Positions 29,198 through 43,759 of a stretch of DNA of 64,000 nt are shown piece by piece. Position 1 is the first letter of the stretch. Each line of letters begins with the position of its first letter. The DNA comes from Pecten maximus. Taxonomy: Eukaryota. The DNA is taken from the NCBI RefSeq assembly GCF_902652985.1, contig NC_047018.1, positions 39,494,001 to 39,558,000 on the forward strand. The letters run 5' to 3'. The translations under genes were made by a program, and so were the position numbers. The notes under the pieces are model-generated. The model made no database searches and was not told the origin of the DNA. It saw only the letters and a list, made by a program, of their open reading frames with translations.

Positions 29198-30690
29198 TTC
29201 CATGTTTTGAGCATTCTACATTTATGTTATATTTTACTTGGTGTATATATAGTCATTAAGATTTGTGTTCGATACCATAATTATCCTGCAATAAGCCCAC
29301 GTCTGGTAATAAATCTACCCTCATGCTTAACATTATTGCTATTTCTTTGTCTTGCAATCTGTCCACCATGACCTTGAGTCATGTGTTACTGGCATTGTGT
29401 TTATTTCAGTGTAAATAGGGTCAATAGTGTAAATGGGGTCAATAGTGTAAATGGGGTCAATCATTTTAGGGTTATAAAGATAATCCACCTTATTTTCATG
29501 ACAATAAATATGTTATAGGAGTTTTGACATTGAAAATGAAAAATTAAGAAATGATAACTGCAATGCCATATCCCCTTTATGTAGGGATAAATAAAGTCCT
29601 TTCCTCCAAATGACATGATCTATATATATATATATATATATACAGCCTAGTTTCAGAGCAATAAATCTTAAAGTTCTCTCGGGATTGTAAACAGTCTTCC
29701 ATATACTGGCTTCTCGAGTCAAAGTCAAGTCAAGGTCAGATGTGTTGATGAAAACAAGAGGACTAAAACACAAGTATTTGTCTAGCCCAGCATAGTGTTT
29801 AAGTCAACTTTCCTTCCTGGCTTATCATTTAAACATTGTTTATCTTTTAAAACAAATTGTGTTTTCTGGGTGTTTGATTCAAATTCTTTTAAAACCGATC
29901 GGAAAACAGTATAAAATTATTGGGTTGTAACTTGAAATTTAATTGTTTTCAAGATGTCTCTGATTTTTTTCTTTAGTTGTTTAATAAGAAGAATGGTGAG
30001 AGTTATCTCTAGAAGATACTTCATATAGTTTTAGTCTTCTTGATCAGAAAATGATGACTTAGAGAAATTTTAATTTTCCTGGTTCTTGGGCTTCATAATA
30101 CTATTCTAAATGAATGGGTAACAACAGTCTTATTCTGAATTCACATACCAATATGATTTTTGATCAAAATTTAGCTCCATGGTCTACTTTGACCCTTAAT
30201 TAAGATAAAAAACATCAAATATTCCATTCCCTTTAATATGTTATATGAAAATTGAAAATAGAACTTAGCTAAAGTTCTTACAAAAATGGGTACCAAGACC
30301 CCTCTTGAATTTCCTATCCTTGGTAAACCAGAGAGCTCGTTATGAAATTACATGTATGTGTTGTAATATTTGGAGGATGCTACCTTTATGAAGTACTTGT
30401 TTGACATTTTTACGAGTATGATACATTAATTCAGTGTTGGCAGCATTAGATTTCTACATAGTATACAAACATCTTATTACTTGTTTACCAGATATTGTGG
30501 CATTAACTATTGGAGGGAGGTTTACCAAACAAAGGCTTGTGCCCGCTTTTATGGACGACAATGAAAAACTTCTGGCTACGAAATTAAATAAAGTTCATAT
30601 GTAATGTACTTACTTTCTTGCAAGAGAATTTGTGGGAAAACATTTTTCAAAAGTTCGCATCAAGCCAACAGTATTTGGTATAGTCATATA

Positions 30691-31432
30691 CAGTCAAACC
30701 TGCACTAGCGACTACCTGTATATTACAACCACCTGTCTATGATGACCGTTCTGTAACTGTCCTAAGCACTAATACTATAAAATAACATCCCACATAGTGA
30801 CCCCCTCTACAATGCGACACAGGTCTTGTCGTATATGACCAAATAAGGGGGCAGGGCACGGGTAATTGACAGTGGGGGCGCCCTAATTAAGATTCAATAT
30901 TCTAAAGTTTTATGAAACAGATCGACTCATTAATACCATATAGCAGAATACCTAAGGCTGAGGAAAGGGTAAAATCTTTAGTCATAAAAATATTCCAGAT
31001 AAAGATATCTATTCATTATCATAAATTAAGCTTAAACATCACTTGAATATTCCTGTAAACTTGTAAACCATGCTAGCTGTTCTTCAGAACAGAGAATGTG
31101 TGTTCCACCATTTATGTTCAAACGGAACTCATTTGTGTTCTATTTATAGACACAGGTGATTTCGTTTTCTTTGACCTAATAATTGATTTACACTGTCTTT
31201 TACTAGCTAAGTTCTGTTCTTAACAACATTTAATTAACAACATGAATTAAGTCTTTTACTTGATCTTCAAATCAAGGTAGGGGCACCCTTATTTGGTCAT
31301 ATACGGTATATATATAGGTGATTCTAAATGTGCTGGTTGGCATGAAAATCTTTGCTTGTCTATATAGGCAACCTGTCTATAGTGACCATTTTTCTGTCTG
31401 CCCTTGAGCGGTCTTATAGACATGTGTGACTG
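30691..31432. mobile_element. Non-autonomous pogo/Tigger-like MITE
   Basis: Termini cagtcaaacctg / catgtgtgactg, left TA, subterminal acctgtctat repeats. Confidence 0.65.
30829..31306. mobile_element. Nested Tc1/mariner-type MITE
   Basis: Perfect 20-bp TIR cgtatatgaccaaataaggg / cccttatttggtcatatacg, TA at the right end. Confidence 0.75.
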
Positions 31433-33275
31433 GATATGTATATACTTTTTATGAAAATATATTTTCTAAAGTGTCCATAATATAAGGATTGTGTAGGATT
31501 GCTTTTTGCATTTTAAGAAACAATAATTTTCAAAAGCTTATAAGATGCTAAAGGTTGATCCAGAAAATCTAGGGTTGGCTCGAGAAAACAGCCACTGTAT
31601 CAAAAATGTTTTGATGTTATTGATTTTTTAGAGTAATTTGATTACATGTAATGTACATCATGTTTGTTTCACTCCTTCCCAATCCCATATATCTGAAGAA
31701 GTGACAGCAAGCTTTGAAATGATATAAATGTTTTATCAATGAAGCTCATGACGTTTATGGAACAAATCGAGAAAACAATGACAAATATTCTGCTAATGTT
31801 ATTTTAGGAAAATGATGAAATGTATAATAAAGATATTACTTCAGACACAAATTCTTATCTTCATCGTCTCCAGATATTGTTTATCGAAAGTTTAAAAGTG
31901 TATTTAGCTGTAGGTATGACTTGATATAAATTAATTGAGCTACACAGTTGTTAATTAAAAAAATATTCTTTAATCAGTGGTAGATTTGCACTTCTCTGAA
32001 CCCTGGACACGTGTATTGACTTTATAACTTTGCATGCCAAGATGATGGAATTCCTTCTTCAAAACAATAGCAGGACATCACGGCAACAATATCATATTTC
32101 ATGGAAATTATGTTGTTGACATTTTAAAAACATGGCCTCAAGATAATTTAACATTGCATGTCCTTGATTTTAAGATATCTTTGACATGCAAAATCTCCAT
32201 CAAAGTGAGGCTAATTGGCCAATTTGTTCATACATGCATGCATAATTTGAATGAGGTTATATTGGTACGAGAAATGCATTTGAACTTCTTGTAGCTCACT
32301 TGGAATGAGGCATTAACAGGTTTATAGATTTCACAGCATAGCCTCAGAAATTGATGCTTAATACTTGTGATAAAATATATTTCAATTGTGACAAACAATT
32401 GATTTGATAGTCAGAATGTTTTCAATAAAAAATTGAGTGAAAAATTTGCCTAGAAAATCTTAGATCTTCAACCTCTGCTAATTTAATATTGATATCATAA
32501 ATCTGTGTATTGAATATAATTTTGTAAATAGATAGAATCGAAATTTACTCCTAAAATGAATTCAAAACAAATTTGTTTAATCTAAATTCCATTTGGGAAG
32601 TTTGATATAAAAAAAATCAGACTTATATCAAACTTTAATTTGGTTTCAGAACGACTTTGTATTTTGAGTTTTGAAGAGTTGATCAGTGAATTTAGATTGA
32701 TAGCACCATAACCATTTCATGTAAATTGAATTATTTCACCTATGTAACTCTAGACTGCTGCTGTTATTCAGCAGTAATGAAATATCTATATAAGGTCGAA
32801 TTCACTGACAATGCAGATGTAAGACAAGCTATTTAATTTCCCTCCATACAGGAGAGCTCCAATTCCATTCGAGTGTCAAATGCGTGTTTCACAGACTTCC
32901 AATATGCCATCTTCAGTACTCATGCTTTGTTAAATAATGCACCGCTCCGATGGGTATTGCGTGCAGTGCTCTTTCGGATAATTACGGGACTTCGTTGACA
33001 CCTTCGGTGTTCCTACGGATACTATGCAGATAACATGTCCCTAACTTTGCTCTGTAGTCTGTCAACAATGCCAAGGTGCTATCGATTTTAATTCTTTTCC
33101 GTCAGTAAAACTAACGTGCATTCATTGCAAAAATTCAGAATCGACTTAATAGATTTCCCCTTCTAATTTTTTTCTTAAAATGTAAAATTTCGGATGTGAT
33201 TTTTTTTCTTTCAGTTGAAACTGAGATATTGGTTTTTGTGATCATATTTAAGGGAAATGTCATTTTCTGTTTTAG

Positions 33276-33364
33276 TCATTTGAATGGCCTGTGGCACGTC
33301 CCGTGGAAAAAGAAGAAATCATCGACATTCAGATCTTCAACTACAACAAATACCTCAGCAACAG
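33276..33364 (+). CDS. OTOF: Otoferlin exon, C2A (89 nt; SFEWPVARPVEKEEIIDIQIFNYNKYLSNR)
   Basis: ttttag acceptor, AG|gtacaa donor, phase 0 to 2; matches the vertebrate TFRWPVA...IQVFNYSKVFSNK segment. Confidence 0.93.
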
Positions 33365-33789
33365 GTACAAAATCTACCTTTATAAACAGAACTCTGTATA
33401 ATCCAGAACTTTGGTTAACTGATTTGTCTTTGTCACCTAGATAATATGGACACCTTGACTAAACTGACCCAGAACTTACTCCGACTTTATACATACGGTG
33501 TTACCCTCTATAATCCACACATCAATATGAACAAAGTCTTATTTTAGTTCCCAATATCTAGGTTTTTGTAGCCCTGTGTAATCTGGACGCCTGTATAAAC
33601 CAGATATTTTGATATCTTACCAATTCCAACATGAAATATTTCATTAAAACTTACTAATTCCAACATGAATTGTTGCATTATAACTTACTAATTCCAACAT
33701 GAAATATTTCTATGTTACCCTTTATTGTCAGGACATCTAAATAAATCAGAGATATTTAGCTAATTCCCAGTTTATACTTTTCTTTGTAA

Positions 33790-34185
33790 CCCTGTATAAT
33801 CTGGACACCAGTATAATTGAGACCTTCAGATTCTGGACACCAGTATAATTGAGACCTGTATAATCTGGACACCAGTATAATTGAGACCTGTAGATTCTGG
33901 ACACCAGTATACTTGAGACTTTCAGATTCTGGACACCTGTATATAATTGAGACTTGTAGATTCTGGACATCAGTATACTTGAGACCTTCAGATTCTGGAC
34001 ACCTGTATTATTGAGACCTGTATATTCTGGACACCTGTATAATCTGGACACCTGTATAATCTGGACACCTGTATAATCTAGACACCTGTATAATTGACAC
34101 CTGTATAATCTGGACACCTGTATAATCTGGACACCTGTATAATTGACACCTGTATAATCTGGACACCTATATTATTGAGATTTGT
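33790..34185. repeat. Composite minisatellite (ctggacacctgtataat core)
   Basis: 17-18-bp units and ~36-bp higher-order units. Confidence 0.9.
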
Positions 34186-37100
34186 ATAATCTTGGACTAT
34201 CTGCATTTACATGTAAAATTGGCCATGAATAATTGATTTGAATAATATATTTAAATTGTATATAATGGAGACAATGTCAAAATAAAGATCACATTTTTGG
34301 CTCGATTCAGGAAAAGTCGCACATCATTCCTGAAAGTTGCCAACATTTTGAAATTTCCATTTGTGATATTGTGAATGCTTAAATATAGATCCATTTCTGA
34401 CAAACTTATACCTTTAAACTGCAATTTTAAGCTGTTATTTCTTGTGGACCAATGATATATTCAGAATCAAGAAAAATTGAAATATCTTTTGTCAAAATTT
34501 TGGGTTCCAAAGTGGGAATCTCCCTTAACATCCTGTAAAGTGGTTAACAAGTAACAATATGTTGTCCATATGATGTTAGCATTTTTGTTTACAATATTGT
34601 TTGTATTAACTGGTTATAACTAAAGGACTATATAGTTATATATACATGCCAATTAATTAAGGCATGTTCTGTAGAGGTCAAAATTAAATCACTCGAAAAT
34701 AGGTCACTGTAACTTTCTTTCATAGTTCAGTTACCTCAACAATTCCTTGGTTTATCCTTTTCTTTGAATTGTCAATCACAGGCATATAATAAATTTTTAC
34801 TTTGTTTTCATGGTAAATATACTCAAATGTGATTGGTCGAAAAATTCTTTTCATTCTTCTATGAAAGAAATTCCGAGAATGGCGCGAAAAATGTGACGTC
34901 ACAATACGACAATTGATGTTGCGTATTGATTTGAGAAAAAGAATCCCATTTAAAACCAGTAAAATTGTACATAAAACATGTTTTAAATTAGAAAATCATT
35001 TTCAAAAATTAATTATAAGCGGATTCATACAGTTTACAAACAAAATTTGTTTCATATCCCGATGAAACTAAGAAAAAATGACATCAATGCTTAAATGAAT
35101 TCTCAAAGTAGATTACTGGCTTTTAACCAATTCTGGACCAGGACACTGTCAACAGATTCTTACTCAAATTCTAAATGGCAATTAAAACAGGAAGAAATTT
35201 AATGCATATTTTTTTCATTCCTTGTCTATTTAAACAAAATCCCCATCCAATAATGTAAATTCCTCTAAAAGCCATTCATGGTTGAAATGTAGTGTTTTCC
35301 ACTTGATAAATCACCTTAATAGTAAAATGGATGTTCTGTCGATATTGGAGAATCTGTTTCACGCCAGAACAGAATTGTTCACTCTTCCAAAAAAAAATGC
35401 ACCACAGAGTTTTTGTTATTGTTACTGAAACAGTATTATCTATGACAATACTCGTTGCTATTACGTCAATTGAAAATGTCATTTCTGGTTTTGTTAGCTG
35501 AAAAATGGCAGAAAAACATGTCACATTTATTATCATGGTTTGCTTATGATTATCGCATTTCCATTTATATTAATTATCAGCGATAAATCTTGATTTTAAT
35601 AAATATCTATATCAAACATATACGATAACATTTAAAGACTATTGTAGATAAATGTTTTGAAGTATGAAATAATTAGATTATGTCAGCGTAAATTGATATT
35701 ATCTACTGGAATTTTAAATCCTGATATCTCTATAAAAGTTCTGTTACCATCATGGATCCGTGCTGTCGGATTGTCCGCTGTGAGACTGAATGGTTGTACG
35801 ATCGTCCTTTTGTAAGGATCTGTGACAGATGAATGTTACAAGTATTTTCCATAAAAGTGTCACACGGTAGAAAAGTTTATTGACAGGCTCACAGACGTAT
35901 GCCTGGAAATATTGGAAATCATTACTATAAAGAGAATGAGTTATTCCAAACTTTCAGATTACTGCTGTGAATAAATCATTAGACTGTCGTCGCTTTGTCG
36001 GAGTGCAAATCCATGAATTGAAGAACAAAGCATTTTAATTTTTGATAACGACCAATCCTGATATAAGTAAGCTGATTTTAACTTTGTAAAAGATCATTAA
36101 GAAAGACAAAATTGTTCTGAGTATTAAGATTGCTATTTGCACCCATGCGATGTAATGACGATAGCTAATTTATTATTCTAGAATGGCTGCTTTCACTTTT
36201 TTAAAAAGTCAAATGAAATTAATGTTTTTAATGAAACGGTTGCAACTTTTAAGAAGTATTTTCTCACAGAAATATCCAATTTTGCAGAAATAATTATCAT
36301 TGCAACTTTAATTCAGATTTTGTCCATAGAAATTATGTTATGAATGCTTTTTACTTTTCACTGAGGGTCGGACAAAAGAATAAATGAAATCTATATTTCA
36401 TTTGGCTTGATATTAAGCAAACGAATTGAAAACCTTATGTTTCAATCAGATGCAAGCTGGAGGCCTCTCTTAAACTCTAGATATGTGATTTCTTTGTGAA
36501 GAAAACTAAATCAAATAATTATCGTTAGAAATTAAGAAAAAAATAAATAAAATGCTAAAAATTATTAATTTTCATTAGATGTGAAAGGTACAAAGCACTT
36601 AAATGACTTGTTCACAGGTTAAAATAGATAATTAAAATTTTTTAAATTTTCATTAAAATTAAAAACAAAAATCAATACAGTGAAAGTTCATTGAGTGCAA
36701 ACTTAATGATCAAGTAGAGTCAGAATGTTACACAGCAGGCGAGGAGCACGGCAGTCAAAATGCTGAAAATTAGACACACATTTCGCTGTTAACTGTGATA
36801 CACTGCTCAATCAAAGCTACGGGGGATTAATCCTTTTCTAAATACAAGATTATTTTTTTAATGGATTATAGAATCTCAGAGTTATCAAATTTAACATCAA
36901 CGTAAGGTCTGAAAACGAGAAACAGATTGATCGAAATTGATGGTGTAATATCATATGTATCCTCTAACCAGCCCGTGCAGGTAGCTGAAATTTGGGGTGT
37001 ACGTACGTGTTCTTGTAAAACCAATTTCATGATGTAATTACTTACTACATCCTGAAAATGGAACAAACCAACCTCGGAAGGCCTAAAAATGCAAGCACGT

Positions 37101-37598
37101 GAGGCAAAGTGGAAAAACAGGTATTACTGAAATCAAAATAATCTTTGACATAAAGTACATTGAAAATGAGCATTAGTCGGCAAATATTTTTACTCAGTAG
37201 TAATACCTCTGGATGGGCTTGATACCAGGCATGGGCTCATGGCTGGATAAATACAGTATGATATATTTTTCATTAAATCTTGCTCGGAACACCAAAGTGT
37301 GAAAACAGCCTGGCTGCCCTAGAAATAGTCCTACAAAAACACTCTACTCAGTGTCCCTTTGAGGATGACCAATAAGATTGATGGATGAAGACGAAAGATC
37401 GTTCAACTGTAAACAATCAACAGAGACATGAATCCGGATTATTTTGTCCGAGGCCAGTCGTTACTGCACAGTGATCACGGCCGATATTAAAGATACTTTT
37501 GGATGATTTGATTTTATAGACTTTTATTCCTCGTAGTTTGCAGAAAAAAAAAACTAAGTAGCATTTTTTGACGTGTTGTGGTTTTGTTTTCGTTTCAG

Positions 37599-37698
37599 AC
37601 TGATTGGCACATTCCGTATGATCCTGCAGGAGCTTGTAGATGTCGGACACGTCAAAATTTCTGACTCGCTACTGGATGGCAACAATGTAGTAATGAGG
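37599..37698 (+). CDS. OTOF: Otoferlin exon, C2A (100 nt; LIGTFRMILQELVDVGHVKISDSLLDGNNVVMR)
   Basis: tttcag acceptor, AGG|gttggt donor, phase 2 to 0; LIGTFRM motif. Confidence 0.95.
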
Positions 37699-38569
37699 GT
37701 TGGTATTTGGCTTAAGCATACATGCTTATTAGAAAAAAATTCCCAGACATTTTGAGGTCATCTCGGCAATTCTTTTCCATTTACAGGAAATAATGTCATC
37801 AATCATCGTAAAGAATGGTGGCAAAGGAGAAAGGCTGGTATTTTTTGTGACTGTGTATTGATTTGCGATCATCTTGTCCAAATATTATAATATTGTTGTG
37901 TATTAGACTTCACGTTGTTTTATTAACACAATAAAAATATTGGCAACTTGATTGATGGTCACAAATATGATCAGTATATATATATACGCATGCCATTATT
38001 GATCAATCTTATATAAATAAAATAAAGTGAAACAAGACCTTATATAAATTTCTGTGGAGTATAATATCAAGGTTCGTCTTTCAGAAATTTATCTCAATGT
38101 TTAATTATCGTAGTCGAACTTAAGACTTGGTGTCTATCAATAGAGATGTAGGTTAGTTTTTTTTTTGCCTGTCGAAACTGAGTAATAACAGGCATTTGTT
38201 CCAATGAGGATTTTGACTCTGATTTATACCCGTCAGGAACTTAAACCTCTGAAGGCTTAATTAGTATTGTGACAGACTTGTGCTACTATATCCTAATCTG
38301 CGCCCTTTTTCATGTAATTTTTTGTGCCTATAGGCACTAATTATAGCAATTATGGTAACAGTGAAAAATGTGTGGAATGGAATTAAGATTTGAGGGGACA
38401 TCTTTTGTACATAAATTTACTGCATTTGTGAATGATTTCCTGTTAATTGTCTAAAGACACAAGCGAGGTAAGTTTTCTGACAGATGTTCATTTCATATCT
38501 TTTCAACAAATTTTATAGAAAAAAAAAAATGCAGAAGGATAGGGCATCAGGTAAAGCCTTCTCTAATAA

Positions 38570-38900
38570 CTTGGTAAGAAAGTCAGTAAAATTATACTTT
38601 GGTAAGACAAAGTCAGTAAAATTATACTTTGGTAAGACAAAGTCAGTAAAATTATACTTTGGTAAGACAAAGTCATTAAGATTATACTTTGGTAAGACAA
38701 AGTCATTAAAATTATACTTTGGTAAGACAAAGTCATTAAGATTATACTTTGGTAAGACAAAGTCAGTAAAATTATACTTTGGTAAGACAAAGTCATTTAA
38801 ATTAAACTTTGGTAAGACAAAGTCAGTAAAATTATACTTTGGTATGACAAAGTCAGTAAAATTATACTTTGGTAAGACAAAGTCAGTAAAATTTTACCTC
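38570..38900. repeat. Minisatellite, 30-bp unit (ttggtaagacaaagtcagtaaaattatact)
   Basis: About 11 units; explains ORFs 38484..38942 and 38563..38796. Confidence 0.95.
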
Positions 38901-40496
38901 AGTATGATAATGTCATTAAAATTATCAAGCAAACTTAGATGATGTTATAGTCATATTCTGTATCTGAATTGTTTTAAATTCTTATTCTCATTCAATTTCT
39001 TTTGTTACCAACTAATATGATATTATGGACAAGGCTGTCAGATTTCGTCAATAGCGTTGACACATCTGTTTTGTATGAATTATGTAACTCCGAAGTAGTT
39101 AAGTAGAAAATGCCACCTGACTCCAAATGAGTCCTTGACAACCTGAGACATATAGCACATCCATCGTGTGATTCAGACATTATTTGGTAATGAAATTCTG
39201 CTGTGATCGTTAAAAGTTCCTAGACGCATCGTTACATAACATTACTCTCTTCATCAAATCATCCCTTTCTCTTTGTCCCATCGAACCTGTCTTCTCCATC
39301 GCCACAAAACAGCTCAGTCCTCTAAACGCTCCCAAGGTAGAGGGTCTTTTTAGTGAATTATTTCCCTTTGAAACATGATAAGGTTCCAGTTCACCAGATC
39401 TAGTTGTCTAGAAGCTAGGTTGTAAGTAGATTTCTAATACATAAGCATGATTACGATATTGACTTATTGACAATAAAAGTTTTGTCATGCTTTCAATTAT
39501 CACCAATAAGGAGATTAGGTATATTTACAATACTTTTAAAGGAAGCTAAAACAATTTAAAAAAAAATTAAAAAAAATAATGAATATGACTTTGAGTTTTC
39601 CAAGTCCAAGGCTCTCGTGAGTAACCCTGGCTGTGCTGTTGTTGTTGTGTTTTAAGTCTGCCTGATAAAACTGAATTAAGATGGTGCTTTTCTTGAACAA
39701 AATTATCTGACACTTGACATTTCCAAATTTCATTTGTGAAGGACTTAAGAGGATATGATTTAGTGTGTATTAACCTTTCCTGCCATACTGTCAATAAAAC
39801 GATCACAGTGCGATCAAATGGAAATGATGTCTAAATTTTGTTAAAAAAAGAAGAATGAAATTGATTTCCGAGTCTGCACAGTGGCATTACTTGCCCTTAA
39901 AATGACTTCTATCAATAACCAAGAGGCTCAGAATTGTTAAATTAGGCATGCTGGGATAAAGGGTTATCAGATTGTTAAATAATTCATTGACTTTAACCAA
40001 CTTGAAGGTCACAGGTCAAATGAGTTAAAATACATGTACTGAAATTACTTTTCCTAAATAACCCAAGAACAGCCTAGAACCAGTAGCATGCTGGGATAGA
40101 TGCATATGACCTTGACATACTTTTAAGCTAGGTCACAGGGGTCAAAAGTGTTATAACATCTTTTCTGTTCTTCTAAAAACAGGAGGCCAATGGTCATGAT
40201 ATCTGACCAATATCTTGTTACTTTGAAGGGAATCAAGTCTGTTGAAAAGGATGACCTTGACATAATTTCAGTGTCATTAGCTAGAGGGGAAATATTAATT
40301 GAATATTAAAAATTATTAAGATTTAAGCAACTTACATTATATAACCAAGAGGCTAATAGGTTTCATAAATAATTATCTTTTCTAGTTTGTTGAAATGAAC
40401 AACCTTGACCAACTTTCAATGTCATAAGGTCACAGATCATCCCGAACAAATCTGAAATAAAATCTTCCAACAAAGCTACAGAATACTAACTGTTTC

Positions 40497-42143
40497 TTAA
40501 GATGTCCTATACTCTACAGGAGCTACCCTTAAGATATCCTATATTCTACACAAGCTACCCTTAAGATATCCTATATTCTACAGAAACTAACCTTAAGATA
40601 TCCTATATTCTACACAAGCTACCCTTAAGATATCCTATATTCTACACAAGCTACCCTTAAGATATCCTATATTCTACACAAGCTACCCTTAAGATATCCT
40701 ATATTCTACACAAGCTACCCTTAAGATATCCTATATTCTACACAAGCTACCCTTAAGATATCCTATATTCTACACAAGCTACCCTTAAGATATCCTATAT
40801 TCTACACAAGCTACCCTTAAGATATCCTATATTCTACACAAGCTACCCTTAAGATATCCTATATTCTACACAAGCTATACCCTTAAGATATCCTATATTC
40901 TACACAAGCTACCCTTAAGATATCCTATATTCTACACAAGCTACCCTTAAGATATCCTATATTCTACACAAGCTACCCTTAAAGCTGACAGTGCAAGTTA
41001 AAAAGCATCTAATTGAGATTTAAAAAAAATAATACCTGTACAGATTTCCAAAAATCGTTTCCGAGACATTCCCAAGTTATGGTAGTGTCGTATCTAAGGA
41101 CGGGCAGACATTTTTCTTTTTTGTTATGCGTGGATACAACCAAGCCGCCACTGCTATAAAAAGAACGTGCTTCGTCACACTCGCATTCACTCTAACCTCA
41201 GGTGTTCACGGTGACACACCTGTATCACCTACACTACATCTGTACACCACGTGACCTACAACTGTATTCGCGAACGACACCAAACAGACGAAGCACTTAC
41301 CTGTAACCTGAGCAGAAAGATGGTCAGTGTCTCTCAGTTTATCTTTCAAATCTTGTTCAAATAAAATCTCCAAATAAATGCTGAAAATGCATAACGAATT
41401 AATCCGAAATACTCTATCCATTTTCTCACGTGTGTTGCGTGGGTGCAGCCATTTCGATAACACGTAAACATGCAGTCCGAGGAGTTCCAATTTTTACTTG
41501 CGTCTACACTAGCATTCGGAACTCCTCGGATGTATTCATATTTTCTGCACTACACTACACTACACTAGGGCTGTTGTAGTGCAGTAGTGCAGTTTTATCA
41601 CGCTTTAATTGCGTTATGACACGTGCACAAATGATACGAAGACACGGAAAATATATCGATGGATATAATACTGTAACAGTTGTAAAGACTCAGGTAGGAG
41701 TTTACTCATAAATACTCTGTTTATTATTTTATTAGGTGCATGTTTTTGTTGAGGCCCAAATTTATTGTAGTCAAAATTGTCTTTTCTTTCTTTTATTGTA
41801 AAATAAAATATATATTTATATATATAATGACCTCTTCAAATTCCATATCCAAGTTCTACAATTGCGTACAATGAAAACAAAAACCCCTTGTCTCAATGAA
41901 CGCACGCGCTTTTATAGCGGTTCGTATCCATGCATGACGAAAAAGAAAAATGTCTGCCCGTCCTTAGATACGACACTACCATAACTGGGGGATGTCTCAA
42001 AAACGATTTTTTGGAAATCTGTACATGTGTTGTTTTTTTTAATCTCAATTTGATGCTTTTTAACTTGCACTGTCAGCTTTAAGATATCCTATATTCTACA
42101 CAAGCTGCCCTTAAGATATCCTATATTCTACACAAGCTACCCT
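40497..42143. repeat. Minisatellite, 32-bp unit (ttaagatatcctatattctacacaagctaccc), split by an insertion
   Basis: About 15 units left (40497-40982) and about 2 units right (42079-42143). Confidence 0.93.
40983..42078. mobile_element. Non-autonomous Kolobok-like DNA transposon
   Basis: ~170-180-bp imperfect TIRs beginning AGCTGACAGTGCAAG, TTAA TSD (40979-40982, 42079-42082); purine-purine terminus fits Kolobok rather than piggyBac. Confidence 0.82.
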
Positions 42144-43198
42144 CAAGTATAGAGATTTTTTATTCAGTGTCAAACCTCATCGTCAATATAAGTGAATCAG
42201 AAATATCACACAAATCATACACAGACCTATAGGTTCTTCCAAAGTTAAGTCTGCAAAAGGTGATTGATACAGGCCCATTTGGCCTCTTGTTAAAAAGTGA
42301 TTTTTAGCTATAGACACTTAAATGCAAAGGCTGCATGGTTCCAATGAGCTTTTTAACAAGTAATTGTGCTTGTTATTCCCTAATCCTATTTAATTCATGA
42401 GAATGTCAAATCTTACTCAGTTTATGGATTTTGGTTTCATTTTGAAGAATAAAAACATCATCCTTCCCAGGGGAAAACAAAATAGAATTTGAATTGTGAT
42501 TTAAACAAATTCTAATAGACAATGTTAGGACACCTGTTGTTAAGATAGAGAGGAATTATGGAAATTGATATCAACTTGACAAGTACCAGAAATCAATTGA
42601 TATTTTACATCTTCAAATTATTGTATTCATGCAGATTTTCAGACATTTGCAGTGAGTGCATCGTAATTTCATGAAATCAGTATTTATGTGATTATAGTGT
42701 GTAATATATTGGCCTGCACCTAGAAGGCTAAATGAGATGATTTGAATTTCATTTTAATTTGATTATACTCCATGTAATATCTCATGAGAGCATTTTAGAG
42801 AGCTTGTCAGATCAGGTTGGAACCATTATATAAATGTTTTGGTATTTATTTGGTTGTTTTTGCAATCTACCTTTAGCTAAGTATAATTACTGAAACATGA
42901 TGTATATTTCTATTGCTTGTGGAAAACAAAATTAAAAGCATCAAAATTACTGATTTTTTTTCCTTTGAAATATTTAAAACTATAAATCTTAACAATTTCT
43001 TTCAACTGGTATGTCTGAAGAAATATATGTCATATTTAAAAAGCAGAAACTATGAAAAGGCTGATTAGTTTATCTTATTATGACAACAAATTTAAATTGA
43101 CAGTTGTTGGTATTTGGGGGGGGGGGGGGGGGGGGGGGGGGAAATTGCGAGATGGATAATACATACATTGTTTCTTGTCATAAAACTGTATCCATGTG

Positions 43199-43460
43199 AA
43201 CAGGCATACTGGGTATTGCTAAAGCAATACATGTCCCCTACTGACCCTGCTAAAAACAGTAATAGTGACCTTGACCTTCACTCAAAACCCATGAAACTCA
43301 AGCATGTCCGAGATATTATGGTCCTTTATCATTGTGCGAAGTTTGATGAAAATCCCTCAAGGAATGAAGCCATTAGAGTGCAGGCAAACTTTGGCATTAC
43401 ATACGCGCATTAATACGAACAGACAGGATACTATGGTCCCCCTAGTTTTACTAATAATAA
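43199..43460 (-). mobile_element. HINE-like fragment
   Basis: Palindrome gtattgct-aa-agcaatac next to catgtcccct, tgaccttgacc unit; same family on + strand at about 63140-63330. Confidence 0.55.
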
Positions 43461-43759
43461 ATATAAGTGACCTTGATCATTTTAGTGGATTTGAAAATGG
43501 TTCAATTTGATTACCCAACAAACACTCAAATCCTTTCGATCTGAATTTACCGTAATACATTAATTTTGTCTCTACGTTGGATTTTCTTAAAAGCTTTTCT
43601 CCTTGAGTATATTCCTCGTACTACAGGTCTGTGTCACATATATATATGTATATTTGTGTGGTAATTAACGAAGAAAAGATCATGGAATTTACATTTTTAA
43701 AACCTCAAATTCCTGATTCTAAATTGATATTGATTACCTGCTTATAGCTTATATGTAGC

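Larger units (their letters stand above)
39900..42291 (+). mobile_element. Old degenerate HINE (145-bp family related), interrupted by a minisatellite and a Kolobok-like element
   Basis: Decayed aataaccaagaggc/tgaccttgac units at 39900-40440, 3' end aggtgattgatacaggcccatttggcctcttgtt at about 42258-42291. Confidence 0.6.

Noticed and set aside
32852-33000. Exon-like segment with a good acceptor upstream of the first detected exon
   Set aside because: No frame resembles otoferlin exon 2 and there is no convincing donor at the expected distance.
38484-38942. 152-aa KSVKLYFGKT repeat ORF
   Set aside because: A 30-bp intronic minisatellite that is open by chance.
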